A stretch of DNA of 53,531 bases from a bacterium (GTDB taxonomy: Bacteria; Lernaellota; Lernaellaia; Lernaellales; Lernaellaceae): positions 1 through 53,531 of the forward strand of contig DAINPV010000001.1 in the NCBI GenBank assembly GCA_036743315.1, read 5' to 3'. How positions within the stretch are numbered: position 1 is the stretch's first letter; each line of letters opens with the position of its first letter. The notes beneath the pieces were generated by a model, which was not told where the DNA came from, made no database searches, and worked only from the letters and a program-made list of their open reading frames with translations. This document shows, in pieces, positions 43,131-52,455 of the stretch. A program made the translations under genes and the position numbers.

Positions 43131-44837
43131 ATGTCATATCTGGTGCTGGCGCGTAAATACCGTCCCCAAACCTTCGCCGACCTGGTCGGGCAGGAGCACG
43201 TCACCCGCACGCTCACCAACGCGATCAACCTCAACCGCATCGCCCACGGCTATTTGTTCACCGGCACGCGCGGCGTGGGCAAGACGACCGTGGCGCGCAT
43301 TTTCGCCAAGGCGCTCAACTGCGAATCCGCCGCCGGCCCGACGCCCGAGCCCTGCGGTCGGTGCGTGTCCTGCAAGGAAATCGCCGCGGGCGCCAGCGGC
43401 GACGTGTTCGAAATCGACGCCGCCTCCAACACCGGCGTCGACGACGTGCGCGAACTGCGCGAGAACGTCAAGTACCTGCCGGCGCGCGGACGCTACAAAG
43501 TGTACATCATCGACGAAGTGCACATGCTGTCCAAGAACGCCTTCAACGCGCTGCTTAAAACGCTGGAGGAACCGCCGGCGCACGTGGTGTTCATCTTCGC
43601 GACCACCGAGCCGCACAAGATTCCCGACACGGTGCTCTCGCGCACGCAGCAGTACGAATTCAAGATGGTCGGGCAGGCGCCGATCCGCGACTACCTGGCC
43701 AAGCTGATGGCCGCCGAGGGCGCCCAGGTCGCCTCCGACGTGCTCATGCTCGTGGCGCGCAAGGCCGCCGGCAGCGTGCGCGACGGCCTGTCGTACATGG
43801 ACCAGGTGCTCTCCTACGGCGCCGACCGGCCGTTGACCGAAATCGCCGAGGTGCTCGGCGTGGTCGACCGGCAGGCGCTGCTGGACATCTCCGAGGCCGT
43901 GCTGGCCGGCGATCCGGTCGCGGTGCTGGACGTGCTGGCCCGCCTGAGCGCGTCCAACTGGGACGTCAAGGATCTGCTGGCCGATCTGCTCGAGCATTTC
44001 CGCAACCTCGTCGCCGCCAAGGTCGCCCGGCAGCCCGCCGCGCTCATCGACGCCGGCGACGCCGAACTGGTCGCGCTCAAAGCGCAGGTGAAGGACGCTT
44101 CGCCGCTCGCCCTCGAACATCTTTTTACGCTGCTGGCCGACGCCGAGGAACTCATTCTGCGCAGCGGCCAACCGCGCCTCGTGCTGGAAATGACCCTCGT
44201 ACGTCTCGCCGAGGCCGCGACGGTCAAACCGCTGGACGATCTGCTCGACGAGTTGACCAAGCTCAAAGAGATCGCCCTCGCCGGCGGCAACATCGGCGGT
44301 TCATCCGCCGGTGCGACGGCAACGCGCGCGCCACGCGCCGGGAAGGTCGTCGAACGCCCCGCGCCGGCAACGCCGTCGAGCGCGCCCGCACCGGAAGCGA
44401 CGCCCGCGCCGTCCGCGCCCGCGCCCGACGCGCAGGACGATCCGCAGGGCGCGTTGGTGGCCGCGCTCAAAGCCGCGAATATCCACGCGCCGGCCACGTA
44501 CCTGGCGCAGGGCGAAGTGGAGCGGCTGGGCAACAAACTGATTTTACGCGTCGCCAAAGGGTATCCCGCCAAAAGCCTCGAACGGCAGTTACCGGCGGTG
44601 CAGAAACTGGCCGACGATGTGTTCGGCGCCGGCATTAAAATCGAGTTGGAGACGCTGGACATCGCGCCGAAGAATTCGGCACAGGCGAAAATGAACGAAC
44701 AACGGCAAGCCGACCAGGAACGGCAGCAGATGGTAAAAGAAACGCTGGCCCACGCGGCGGTGCAATGGACGCGCGACCTGTTCCCCGAAGCGGAGGTCAC
44801 CGTCCGGCCGCTCAACGGTCCGGCGCGCGAGAAATAA
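43131..44837 (+). CDS. dnaX: DNA polymerase III subunits gamma/tau
   Basis: MSYLVLARKYRPQTFADLVGQEHV, Walker A GTRGVGKTT, Zn module CGRCVSCKEI, and IIDEVHMLS. The upstream ORF extension overlaps ffs and is rejected. Confidence 0.92.
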   Translation: MSYLVLARKYRPQTFADLVGQEHVTRTLTNAINLNRIAHGYLFTGTRGVGKTTVARIFAKALNCESAAGPTPEPCGRCVSCKEIAAGASGDVFEIDAASNTGVDDVRELRENVKYLPARGRYKVYIIDEVHMLSKNAFNALLKTLEEPPAHVVFIFATTEPHKIPDTVLSRTQQYEFKMVGQAPIRDYLAKLMAAEGAQVASDVLMLVARKAAGSVRDGLSYMDQVLSYGADRPLTEIAEVLGVVDRQALLDISEAVLAGDPVAVLDVLARLSASNWDVKDLLADLLEHFRNLVAAKVARQPAALIDAGDAELVALKAQVKDASPLALEHLFTLLADAEELILRSGQPRLVLEMTLVRLAEAATVKPLDDLLDELTKLKEIALAGGNIGGSSAGATATRAPRAGKVVERPAPATPSSAPAPEATPAPSAPAPDAQDDPQGALVAALKAANIHAPATYLAQGEVERLGNKLILRVAKGYPAKSLERQLPAVQKLADDVFGAGIKIELETLDIAPKNSAQAKMNEQRQADQERQQMVKETLAHAAVQWTRDLFPEAEVTVRPLNGPAREK

Positions 44838-44846
44838 GGAGGAACC

Positions 44847-45164
44847 ATGGCCAAGGGTGGTATGGGCAATCTGATGAAAATGGCGCAGCAGGCGCAAAAG
44901 CAAATGGCCAAGCTGCAGGAAGAGCTGGCGGAAAAAACGATCGAAGCCGGCGCCGGCGGCGGCATGGTCACCGCGACGGTCAACGGCAAGCAGGAACTGA
45001 TTTCGATCCGCATCGAAAAAGACGTGGTCGATCCGCAGGACGTCGAAATGCTGCAGGATCTGATCGTCGCCGCGGTCAACGAAGCGTTGCGCAAGGCGCA
45101 GGAAATGATCACCGGCGAAATGAATAAAATCACCGGCGGGATGAACATCCCCGGCCTGTTCTGA
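44847..45164 (+). CDS. ybaB: Nucleoid-associated protein YbaB/EbfC
   Basis: 105 aa. NLMKMAQQAQKQMAKLQEEL...GGGMVTATVNGKQEL. Confidence 0.9.
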   Translation: MAKGGMGNLMKMAQQAQKQMAKLQEELAEKTIEAGAGGGMVTATVNGKQELISIRIEKDVVDPQDVEMLQDLIVAAVNEALRKAQEMITGEMNKITGGMNIPGLF

Positions 45165-45168
45165 GCCC

Positions 45169-45780
45169 ATGTTTTTCGATTCGGGACCGCTGAAAGAACT
45201 CGTCGACGAGCTGGCCAAGCTGCCCGGCATCGGCCGCAAAAGCGCCGAACGGCTGGCCATGCACCTGCTGCGCGCCTCGGCCGAAGAGGTGCAGGCGCTG
45301 GCCGCGGCGATGCTCGAGGTCAAAGACACCATCGGCCTGTGCCCGGTGTGCTTCAACCTGACCGACGTCAAACCGTGTCGCCTGTGCGCCGACGAACGCC
45401 GCGACGGCGCGCGCCTGTGCGTGGTCGAGCAGCCGCAGGACGTGCTGGTGCTGGAAAAATCCGGCGCCTTCAACGGCAAGTATCACGTGCTCCACGGCGC
45501 GCTGGCGCCGCTGGAGAACATCGGTCCTGAATCGTTGCGCATCGACGAATTGCTCGCGCGCATCGACGCCGGCGGCATCGCGGAAATCATCCTGGCGACC
45601 AATCCCAACCGCGAGGGCGAGGCGACCGCCGCGTTTCTGGCCGACCTGCTGGCCGATCGCCCGGTGGAAGTCACGCGCATCGCGCACGGCGTGCCGGTGG
45701 GTTCGGATCTCGAATACGCCGACAGCGTCACGCTCAAGCTGTCGCTGGAGGGTCGGCGCAAAATGTCCAAGCCGCAATAG
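45169..45780 (+). CDS. recR: Recombination protein RecR
   Basis: LPGIGRKSAERLA HhH motif, C4 zinc finger CPVCFNLTDVKPCRLC, and Toprim region. Confidence 0.92.
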   Translation: MFFDSGPLKELVDELAKLPGIGRKSAERLAMHLLRASAEEVQALAAAMLEVKDTIGLCPVCFNLTDVKPCRLCADERRDGARLCVVEQPQDVLVLEKSGAFNGKYHVLHGALAPLENIGPESLRIDELLARIDAGGIAEIILATNPNREGEATAAFLADLLADRPVEVTRIAHGVPVGSDLEYADSVTLKLSLEGRRKMSKPQ

Positions 45781-45851
45781 CGCTTGCGCCGCGCCGCCGG
45801 ATATGCTCTAAAAAATCTGATTCATGCGAAAAAGATGATTGGGGAGCGAGG

Positions 45852-46439
45852 ATGACGTTCATCAATTACAACTCCAAAGAGATCAACTGCAAGATCGTCT
45901 ATTACGGTCCGGCCCTCTCGGGCAAGACGCGCAACCTCAAAATCATTTTCGAGCGCACGCCCGCCGACCATCGCGGTGAAATGATCTGCCTCTCGCACGA
46001 GGACGAACGCACCTGCTACTTCGATTTTCTGCCGCTGTTTCTGGGCAAGATCCGCGGTTTCGCCACGCGCCTGCATCTGTACAGCGTGCCGGGCAACGTC
46101 GTGTACGACACGAACCGGCAGATGATCCTCAAGGGCGTCGACGGCCTGGTGTTCGTCGCCGACTCGCGCCGCGAGCGCCTCGACGAAAACATCGAGAGCC
46201 TCGAGAACATGAAAAAGAACCTCGAGTCGCACGGCTACGACCTCGCGCGCATTCCGCTGGTTTTCCAGTTCAACATGCGCGACTTCGCCACCTCGATGGA
46301 CCCGGCCGAGCTGGCCCGCGCGATCAACCCCGACGGCCTGCCGCAGTTCCTCGCCAACGCCAAGGCCGGCGAAGGCGTCACCGAAACCCTCAAAGCCGTC
46401 AGCCAACTCGTGTTGAAAGATTTGATCAAGGCGAAGTGA
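45852..46439 (+). CDS. mglA: MglA-like Ras-superfamily small GTPase
   Basis: FINYNSKEINCKIVYYGPALSGKT, ERTCYFDFLP and LHLYSVPGNVVYD...ILKGVDGLVFVADS. Collinear with Myxococcus MglA as I recall it. Confidence 0.85.
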   Translation: MTFINYNSKEINCKIVYYGPALSGKTRNLKIIFERTPADHRGEMICLSHEDERTCYFDFLPLFLGKIRGFATRLHLYSVPGNVVYDTNRQMILKGVDGLVFVADSRRERLDENIESLENMKKNLESHGYDLARIPLVFQFNMRDFATSMDPAELARAINPDGLPQFLANAKAGEGVTETLKAVSQLVLKDLIKAK

Positions 46440-46448
46440 GAGAAAGAA

Positions 46449-47282
46449 ATGGCTGATCAAAAGCCATCGGATGATCCACGCGAAGAATTCCTGAAAAAGT
46501 TTGAAAAGCTACAACAACTTTCGACAAAAATTTTACATCAAGCCCAATACAGTCCTAGAGTTAAAAAGGAGGAGATTTTTCTGACACAAAATCCTTTTCC
46601 TTTGGTTGCTTTTCTGTTCGCGAAAGCCCAGGATAAAAGATCGAGATCGTTTTCTTTATTATTGAAAAATGATTTTTATCAAGACGCCGAAGCGATCGCG
46701 CGGATGATGGCCGAAGCCTATTTTCATTTACGATATATTCTTATGGATAAAAAAGAACATGCTGTGATGTGGCTCCATTATTATAATATTGAAGCACTGA
46801 AGGAACTGGAGAAGAGAAAGGAAAAAGTCCAAACCGATGAAACTACCGCTCTTTATAAAAAGGTAAAATTTTTCGGCAAGGATTACCTTCGAAAAAACAA
46901 ACTCGAAGTTTTCCAAAACTCGTCAAAACCTTCTTGGAAATGGTTTCGCGAAAACTGGCACCCTGAAAAAAACCTCTCCGATTTAATTAAAAAATTGACC
47001 GACAATCCTGACCCTAGCAAATTTATGGATAACAGTATTTACAATTTCTTTTATTCATCCGTAAGCCAGTGGATCCACTCAAGCCCTTTTTGTATGATCA
47101 ATTTCATCGATGATAACGATGTGCCAATAATAAACTTTTTTAAAAATTCTCAAATCGAATTGGCAATGATCGTTGCTTATCTATCGCTTTCATATTCTCT
47201 ACACATATTGGCAACCGAGCTTGAATATGCCGAGTCGGAACTTGTCCTAAAACTCGTACAAGAACTGAATCTGATTTTTTAA
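46449..47282 (+). CDS. Hypothetical helical protein on a low-GC island (possibly DUF5677-like)
   Basis: 277-aa ORF, Lys/Asn/Phe-rich and strongly AT-biased compared with its flanks. The family assignment is only a weak recollection. Confidence 0.65.
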   Translation: MADQKPSDDPREEFLKKFEKLQQLSTKILHQAQYSPRVKKEEIFLTQNPFPLVAFLFAKAQDKRSRSFSLLLKNDFYQDAEAIARMMAEAYFHLRYILMDKKEHAVMWLHYYNIEALKELEKRKEKVQTDETTALYKKVKFFGKDYLRKNKLEVFQNSSKPSWKWFRENWHPEKNLSDLIKKLTDNPDPSKFMDNSIYNFFYSSVSQWIHSSPFCMINFIDDNDVPIINFFKNSQIELAMIVAYLSLSYSLHILATELEYAESELVLKLVQELNLIF

Positions 47283-47426
47283 ACTGAAGCCCTGAGTATA
47301 CGTGTTCGTACAACAGTAGATTACTTCCACCTTCGACAAAACCACGGTGAGCATGTCAATCGATACACCTGCGGCGCTACTCGAAATGATGTGGATACGC
47401 ACTCATCGGCACCGGTTGTAAGCCCC

Positions 47427-47498
47427 CTACTCCCCTACGTCCTCTTCATTTTTCTCCTTTGCCTTGATGCCGAACATGAGTTCGACCATCTGGGCGGG
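47427..47498 (-). repeat. 63-nt / 20-codon module, copy 2 (free-standing, after a terminator)
   Basis: Minus strand ATGGTCGAACTCATGTTCGGCATCAAGGCAAAGGAGAAAAAT...GGGGAGTAG (MVELMFGIKAKEKNEEDVGE*). Confidence 0.75.
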
Positions 47499-47516
47499 TC
47501 CGGGTTTATCCGTATT

Positions 47517-47552
47517 AAGAAAACGCACCGACGAGCCTCGCGGCGTGCGGCC
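47517..47552 (-). terminator. Probable intrinsic terminator of the C45-like gene
   Basis: Minus strand CCGCACGCCG...CGGTGCG, a GC-rich imperfect stem followed by TTTTCTT. Confidence 0.45.
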
Positions 47553-47560
47553 GGAAAGTC

Positions 47561-48907
47561 TCAAAATAATGCGGCAAAGGGAATGACGACGCGGGGGCTG
47601 TCGTAGCCCGGCTGGCCGTCGCGCGCCTGGAACACGTGCAGGCGCATCTGCTGCGGCTCGAACACCACCGTGTGCAGCGTGATCCACGGACCGATGATGA
47701 ACGAGGGCGTGAAGCCCACGTCGGCCATTGCGTTGAGCGCTTCCATGACCTCGACGTTGTCGTCCTTGGCGGCCGCGTGCAGCGCGCGCTTCATGCCCAT
47801 GTACTGCCCCGAACTGTACAGCAGCGGAATCGAGCGTTCGCGTTTTAGGTAGTGGTTGGCGTTCAGCAGCGTGTCGGTGCGCGACAGGCGCTGATCGACC
47901 AGCGGGTTGCGCGCGACGGTCAGGTTGTCGCTCGGGCGGCGATGTGTGGCGCGGCCGTCGGCGTGCGCGCCGTCGCCGTTGTATTCGAGCACGCCGGCTA
48001 CCTCGTCGTCGGCGCGGCCGGTCGCCGGGAACGCCAGATGATACAGGTACTGGCCCATTTGCGGCATTGCGTCGAGCATCGCGTCGGCGTCGGCGGGCAC
48101 GCTGGTCGGTCCCATCTTTTCCAGCACGCGGCGCAGGGCGAGCGTGCCGGGCACCAGGCCGTCGTCGGCGTTCGCTTTGTACTGGTTGAGCGACACGTGA
48201 ATCACCGCGCAGGCGCCGTGCTCGTTGATGCCGCTGATGCAGCCGATGTCGCCGACGAAGGTCACGTTGATCCAGCGCGGCGCGTCGTCGGGCGCATAGG
48301 CGACGATCAACTGGTGGTCCATGATCGAGTTGACCGGGTCGGTCATCCAATCGAAATTGCGCGCCAGCAGCGTCGAGCCGTCCGTGCGGTTCTTGCCCCA
48401 CACGCTCAGGCTCGAACAGGCGAACGAGCCGATCAGCCAGTCGCCCATGGTGTTCATCAGTTGCAGGTCGGCCAGCGTCACCTCGTGCGGCTGGCGGCCC
48501 GGCAGCGTCACCAGGAGCTGCTCCGCCCCCAGGGCGTCGCGCAGGCCCGCGAGCATCCCGGTCAGTTCGTCGCCGTATTCGCCCCAATCAAAGCGCGGCT
48601 GCAAGGCGAGCAGCGCGTCGTAATCCTGCTTGAACTCGCTGAGCACGAACGCGCCGTAGATGTTGAGCATGTTCATGATCTCCGGCGCGAGCAGATAGCC
48701 GTGGTTGTAGCCCATCTGCCGGTGCGAGCCGCGCAGCTTGAGCACCCGCGCGCCGCCGAGCCAGGTGAGCGTCGCCGTGCCGTCGGGCGAAACGATCGTC
48801 TTGTTCGCCGTGATCGGCAACGCCGCCGGTGGATGAAATTTGCTCCCGCATGCCGCCGTGGTCAAAGTCAGTAAGAATAGAATCAGCAACGCGCGCAGGG
48901 GTTTCAT
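47561..48907 (-). CDS. Lipoprotein Ntn-hydrolase, peptidase C45 / choloylglycine-hydrolase-like
   Basis: GGAG RBS before ATG 48907 and lipobox LTTAAC. Candidate nucleophile SFACSSLSVWG followed by LLARNFDW. Confidence 0.6.
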   Translation of the reverse strand: MKPLRALLILFLLTLTTAACGSKFHPPAALPITANKTIVSPDGTATLTWLGGARVLKLRGSHRQMGYNHGYLLAPEIMNMLNIYGAFVLSEFKQDYDALLALQPRFDWGEYGDELTGMLAGLRDALGAEQLLVTLPGRQPHEVTLADLQLMNTMGDWLIGSFACSSLSVWGKNRTDGSTLLARNFDWMTDPVNSIMDHQLIVAYAPDDAPRWINVTFVGDIGCISGINEHGACAVIHVSLNQYKANADDGLVPGTLALRRVLEKMGPTSVPADADAMLDAMPQMGQYLYHLAFPATGRADDEVAGVLEYNGDGAHADGRATHRRPSDNLTVARNPLVDQRLSRTDTLLNANHYLKRERSIPLLYSSGQYMGMKRALHAAAKDDNVEVMEALNAMADVGFTPSFIIGPWITLHTVVFEPQQMRLHVFQARDGQPGYDSPRVVIPFAALF

Positions 48908-48918
48908 GAAAATCTCCA

Positions 48919-49374
48919 TCATCCGAATCGCTTTCTAAGCACGCTGTGCCGGTGGGTGAACAGGATGTTCACAAAGGCGCGCAGCAGCGGGCGCAGCGGC
49001 GCGAGGCGCGGGGCGAAGGTCAGGCGGTCGCGCAGGCGGCAGCGGCCGGGATCGAGCGCTTCGAGCGTGCGCTCGTGCCGCCAGAAACGGTTGGTCCAAC
49101 TGAAGGACTCTTCGACGAAGCCCTCGCCGGGGCGCACCTCTTTGAGGATCAAACTGTGCAAATCGACCGGCAGCAAGCCGAACAGCAGCAGCCGACTGCG
49201 GAAGAGCACCTCGCCGGTCGGCGCTTCATTCAGATTGTAATCGTTCAGGCGGCGCGGCCAGGTCATGCGCAGCAGCGGGCGCAGTTCGGCGTTGACGCCG
49301 CGCATCGTCGACACGGTTGTCCACAACGCCTCGCGCGAGATGTTCAAGTCGGATTGAAAACTCAGTTCGATCAT
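48919..49374 (-). CDS. SRPBCC/START-fold-like protein (151 aa)
   Basis: The real frame begins MIELSFQSDLNISREALW. The tracked 482-aa ORF upstream is an Arg-rich artefact. ATGA overlap with the ychF-like stop. Confidence 0.55.
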   Translation of the reverse strand: MIELSFQSDLNISREALWTTVSTMRGVNAELRPLLRMTWPRRLNDYNLNEAPTGEVLFRSRLLLFGLLPVDLHSLILKEVRPGEGFVEESFSWTNRFWRHERTLEALDPGRCRLRDRLTFAPRLAPLRPLLRAFVNILFTHRHSVLRKRFG

Positions 49375-50396
49375 ACGTTGAATCGTACGTGCATGATTTC
49401 CCCGTCGCTGAGCACGTAGTTTTTGCCTTCCACCTGCAGCTTGCCGGCGTCGCGGCACGCCTTGAGCGAGCCCAGGTCGATCAGCGTCCGGTAGGGGACG
49501 ATCTCGGCGCGGATGAAGCCGCGTTCGAGGTCGGAGTGGATCGACCCGGCGGCCTTTTGTGCGGTGGTGCCGGCGGGCACGGGCCAGGCGTGGCAGTCGT
49601 CGTCGCCGACGGTGAAGAAGCTGATCAGATGCAACTGCGCGAACGCCGCGCGGGCGATGCGGTGCGCAGCCGGCTCGCCCAACCCCATTTCGGCGGCGAA
49701 GGCGTCCTGCTCGTCGGGCGGCAGCGTGGCGACCTCGGCGGCGACGGTCAGGCACACGGGAATCGCCTGGCGGCCCCACAGCATCGCGGGCGCGGGCAGC
49801 GGCGCGTTGTCGGGCGGCGTGTTTTCGTCGAGGTTGATCACCAGCAGTTGCGGCGTGAGCGTGACGAGGTTCAGGCCGGTCAAGCCGGCGCGGTCGTGCT
49901 CGTCGAGTTCGGCGCTCCACAGCGGCTGTTCGTTTTCGAGCAGCTCTTTGGCCTTGAGCACGGCGTGTTTGCGCGTCGCGTCCATCGGCTGCACGTGTTC
50001 GCGTTCGAGCAACCGCTCGAGGGCGAACAGGTCGGCGAAGATCATCTCGCCGTCGAGCTTGGCCAGGTCGCGCGGCACGTCGGGCTCGTCGGCGGCGGCG
50101 GGCGTCATACAGGCGCGCACCACGTGGATGAACAGACTCGATCCCTTGATCAGATCGAGGTAACGCTCCATTTCGCTGCGGCGCTTGCCTTCGCCGGCGC
50201 CGGGCCAGGCGGCTTCGCGCGCGCGAATTTCCGCGTAGGTCGTTTTCTTCGGACGATAAATCTCGACCAGCTTGTCCAGCCGCGGATCGGGCACCTTGAC
50301 CGTGGCGATCTGCGCCTTGCCCGCATCCTGACCGGTCAACGCGGCCAGCAGCGTCGATTTGCCGCACCCGGCCAACCCGATGACGGTGACGTCCAT
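49371..50396 (-). CDS. ychF: YchF-like P-loop NTPase with canonical C-terminal (DUF933/TGS-like) domain and degenerate switch motifs
   Basis: P-loop GLAGCGKST and VPDPRLDKLVEIY. The C-terminus AAGSIHSDLERGFIRAEIV...GKLQVEGKNYVLSDGEIMHVRFNV matches E. coli YchF as I recall it. Confidence 0.8.
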   Translation of the reverse strand: MDVTVIGLAGCGKSTLLAALTGQDAGKAQIATVKVPDPRLDKLVEIYRPKKTTYAEIRAREAAWPGAGEGKRRSEMERYLDLIKGSSLFIHVVRACMTPAAADEPDVPRDLAKLDGEMIFADLFALERLLEREHVQPMDATRKHAVLKAKELLENEQPLWSAELDEHDRAGLTGLNLVTLTPQLLVINLDENTPPDNAPLPAPAMLWGRQAIPVCLTVAAEVATLPPDEQDAFAAEMGLGEPAAHRIARAAFAQLHLISFFTVGDDDCHAWPVPAGTTAQKAAGSIHSDLERGFIRAEIVPYRTLIDLGSLKACRDAGKLQVEGKNYVLSDGEIMHVRFNV

Positions 50397-50480
50397 AACC
50401 AGCTCCTTCGTTTCAGAGGCACGAGCAAGATACCGCGCCCGTCGCCGCTGTCAAGGATCGGAGTGATTGTGGAAGGTCGA

Positions 50481-51059
50481 CTACAACTGCGCCAGCTTGC
50501 GCTCCCAGTCGGCGACGCGTTCGGCGGTGAGGTCCTCGGCGCGCAGGGCGTCGGCGCGCTCGGCGGCGATGGTGTTGCCGTTCAATTCGATTTCGATAAA
50601 GCCGTCGCGCAGCAACCGGGCGGCGACATCCTCGCGATCGCCGGTGGTCAGGTGCTCTTTCACGCCGAGGTTGGTGATGCCGATCACGCGGCCGACCTGA
50701 TCGAAGCGGCGATGGCCCAGCGCAAACGGGCCGGTGTCGACCGCGCCGGGCGCCAGTTGCGCCTCGCTGGGACGCTTGGCGAGCTTGCATTCCGGGCGCT
50801 CGTTTTCATCCTTGAGCGACAGTTTGACCTGCGCGAGTTTGCCCATGCGCGTGCGATGCAGCGACAGTTCGTAGAGCGCCCTTTGCTGCCGCCAGGCCAG
50901 GATGTCGCGCCCGTGTTCGTGTTGCACGGTCGCGTTGAGCCGTTCGGCCAGCTCGCGCACCTGACGATCGGCCCGCAGCACGGTCAGGTAATTGCGAACG
51001 AACAGACCCAGGGCCGTCAAAAGCAGCGCGGTGGCCGCAATCCACCCGGTCAGTTGCAT
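50481..51059 (-). CDS. N-terminally anchored hypothetical protein
   Basis: GGAGGG RBS before ATG 51059 and TM helix WIAATALLLTALGLFV. Confidence 0.55.
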   Translation of the reverse strand: MQLTGWIAATALLLTALGLFVRNYLTVLRADRQVRELAERLNATVQHEHGRDILAWRQQRALYELSLHRTRMGKLAQVKLSLKDENERPECKLAKRPSEAQLAPGAVDTGPFALGHRRFDQVGRVIGITNLGVKEHLTTGDREDVAARLLRDGFIEIELNGNTIAAERADALRAEDLTAERVADWERKLAQL

Positions 51060-51393
51060 GCGTGATTCCCTCCGTTCCGGAATGTCCGCTGAGTGCAATA
51101 CATCAATGGTAGAGTTCGATTATAAGCGCAAAGTTCAATTTGGCGAGCGGGTTTGCGACATGCCGCCGGTTGGGCAAGGCGGCGAGGATTCGGCCGGCGG
51201 TGAGGCCGGTTCGGCGTGGAAGGGCCGCGGTCGCCGCGCCGATTTCGCAGTCAATTTGATGGGTTACAAAAAAACGTCGTCATCGAATTGACAAACGGCC
51301 GGTGAGTGGATGTTTTTAACGACAAGCCATCAGGGGCCACATAGCCTGTGGCCGTTTCGATTGTGGGACATAAAAATAAGAGGGAGATAGAAA

Positions 51394-52251
51394 ATGAAAA
51401 TAAACCTGACCAACAAATCGGTTTTAATGACCTTGCTTCTCGTGTTCGCTCTCGCTTCATCGCTGACGCTGGTTGCGTGCGGCGATGACGATGACGACGA
51501 CGATAACGACGATTTGGCCGACGACGATGACGATATCGCGGATGATGACGACGATGACGACGCCATCGATGACGACGACGATACCGGCGACGATGACGAC
51601 GACACGATCGAAGAGGCCGACATTCGCGCGCTGCATCTGTCGCCTGATGCCGGCGTAGTGGATATCTACGTCGACAATTCGCTGCTGTTCGTCGAAGGAC
51701 TCGACTTCACCGAAGGCACCACCTACGGCACGGTGGCGGCCGGCGACTACGTGCTCAACATTCTGCCGACCGGCGGCGACCCGGCCACCGACAGCGTTTT
51801 CGACATTCCGGTCACTCTGGAGGCCGCGAGGGACTATTCGGCGGTCGTCTATGGCGGATTGCCGGTCAAGGGCTCGGGTTTGAGCGCCTTCCTGATCGTC
51901 GATGACACCACCGATCTGGCCGCCGGCAGCTTCCGGTTGTTTGTCGGCCATACGGCCGACGGCGTCGGCGAAGTGGACATCTGGAACATTCCGGAAATGG
52001 GCGATCCGACGCTGATTCTCGAGGATGTCGACTACGGCGACTACGCGTTCCTGGATCTGCCGGCCGCCGCATACACCCTGGGCTTTGACTCCGACAACGA
52101 TGAATTGCCCAACTACATCTTCGAGATTCCGGAGTTGGCCGCCGACGCGCAATACAACGTCTTTGCCGTGCTGGACGGAATGGACTTGTTCCTGATTGCG
52201 CAGCTGCCGGACGGCTCCACGGTCCAGATCGATCCGTCGCCGATTTTCTAA
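51394..52251 (+). CDS. Lipoprotein with poly-Asp linker and DUF4397 domain
   Basis: Lipobox LTLVAC, then about 45 residues that are mostly Asp. IRALHLSPDAGVVDIYVDN...AGDYVLNI fits the DUF4397 pattern. Confidence 0.75.
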   Translation: MKINLTNKSVLMTLLLVFALASSLTLVACGDDDDDDDNDDLADDDDDIADDDDDDDAIDDDDDTGDDDDDTIEEADIRALHLSPDAGVVDIYVDNSLLFVEGLDFTEGTTYGTVAAGDYVLNILPTGGDPATDSVFDIPVTLEAARDYSAVVYGGLPVKGSGLSAFLIVDDTTDLAAGSFRLFVGHTADGVGEVDIWNIPEMGDPTLILEDVDYGDYAFLDLPAAAYTLGFDSDNDELPNYIFEIPELAADAQYNVFAVLDGMDLFLIAQLPDGSTVQIDPSPIF

Positions 52252-52277
52252 AGTCGGTAACGCAACTTTCTCAACCA

Positions 52278-52307
52278 AGCGCCCGCTTCCGGCGGGCGCT
52301 TTCATTT
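52278..52307 (+). terminator. Intrinsic terminator
   Basis: AGCGCCCGC-TTCC-GGCGGGCGCT followed by TTCATTT. Confidence 0.7.
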
Positions 52308-52455
52308 GCCGAAGCCGAGAACCGGATGTCCGCGTTGATGCGGGCATCCGGTTTTTCGTCGCGCGATGATTTTCCCGCCGCATTGGTGTATAACAAAGCG
52401 GAAACCGACAATGGAATCGTGTGTAAAACCCTGACGGGGAGCGGGGAACGCCCTG

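Noticed and set aside
47283-47426. 8/9 DnaA-like box (TGTGGATAC) and an AT-rich sequence right of the second low-GC island. A further 8/9 box is at 31353-31361, and TTATCCAAA occurs near 25120.
   Set aside because: These are isolated single imperfect boxes in AT-rich DNA, which chance can explain. Only the 11.5-kb cluster has multiple perfect boxes.
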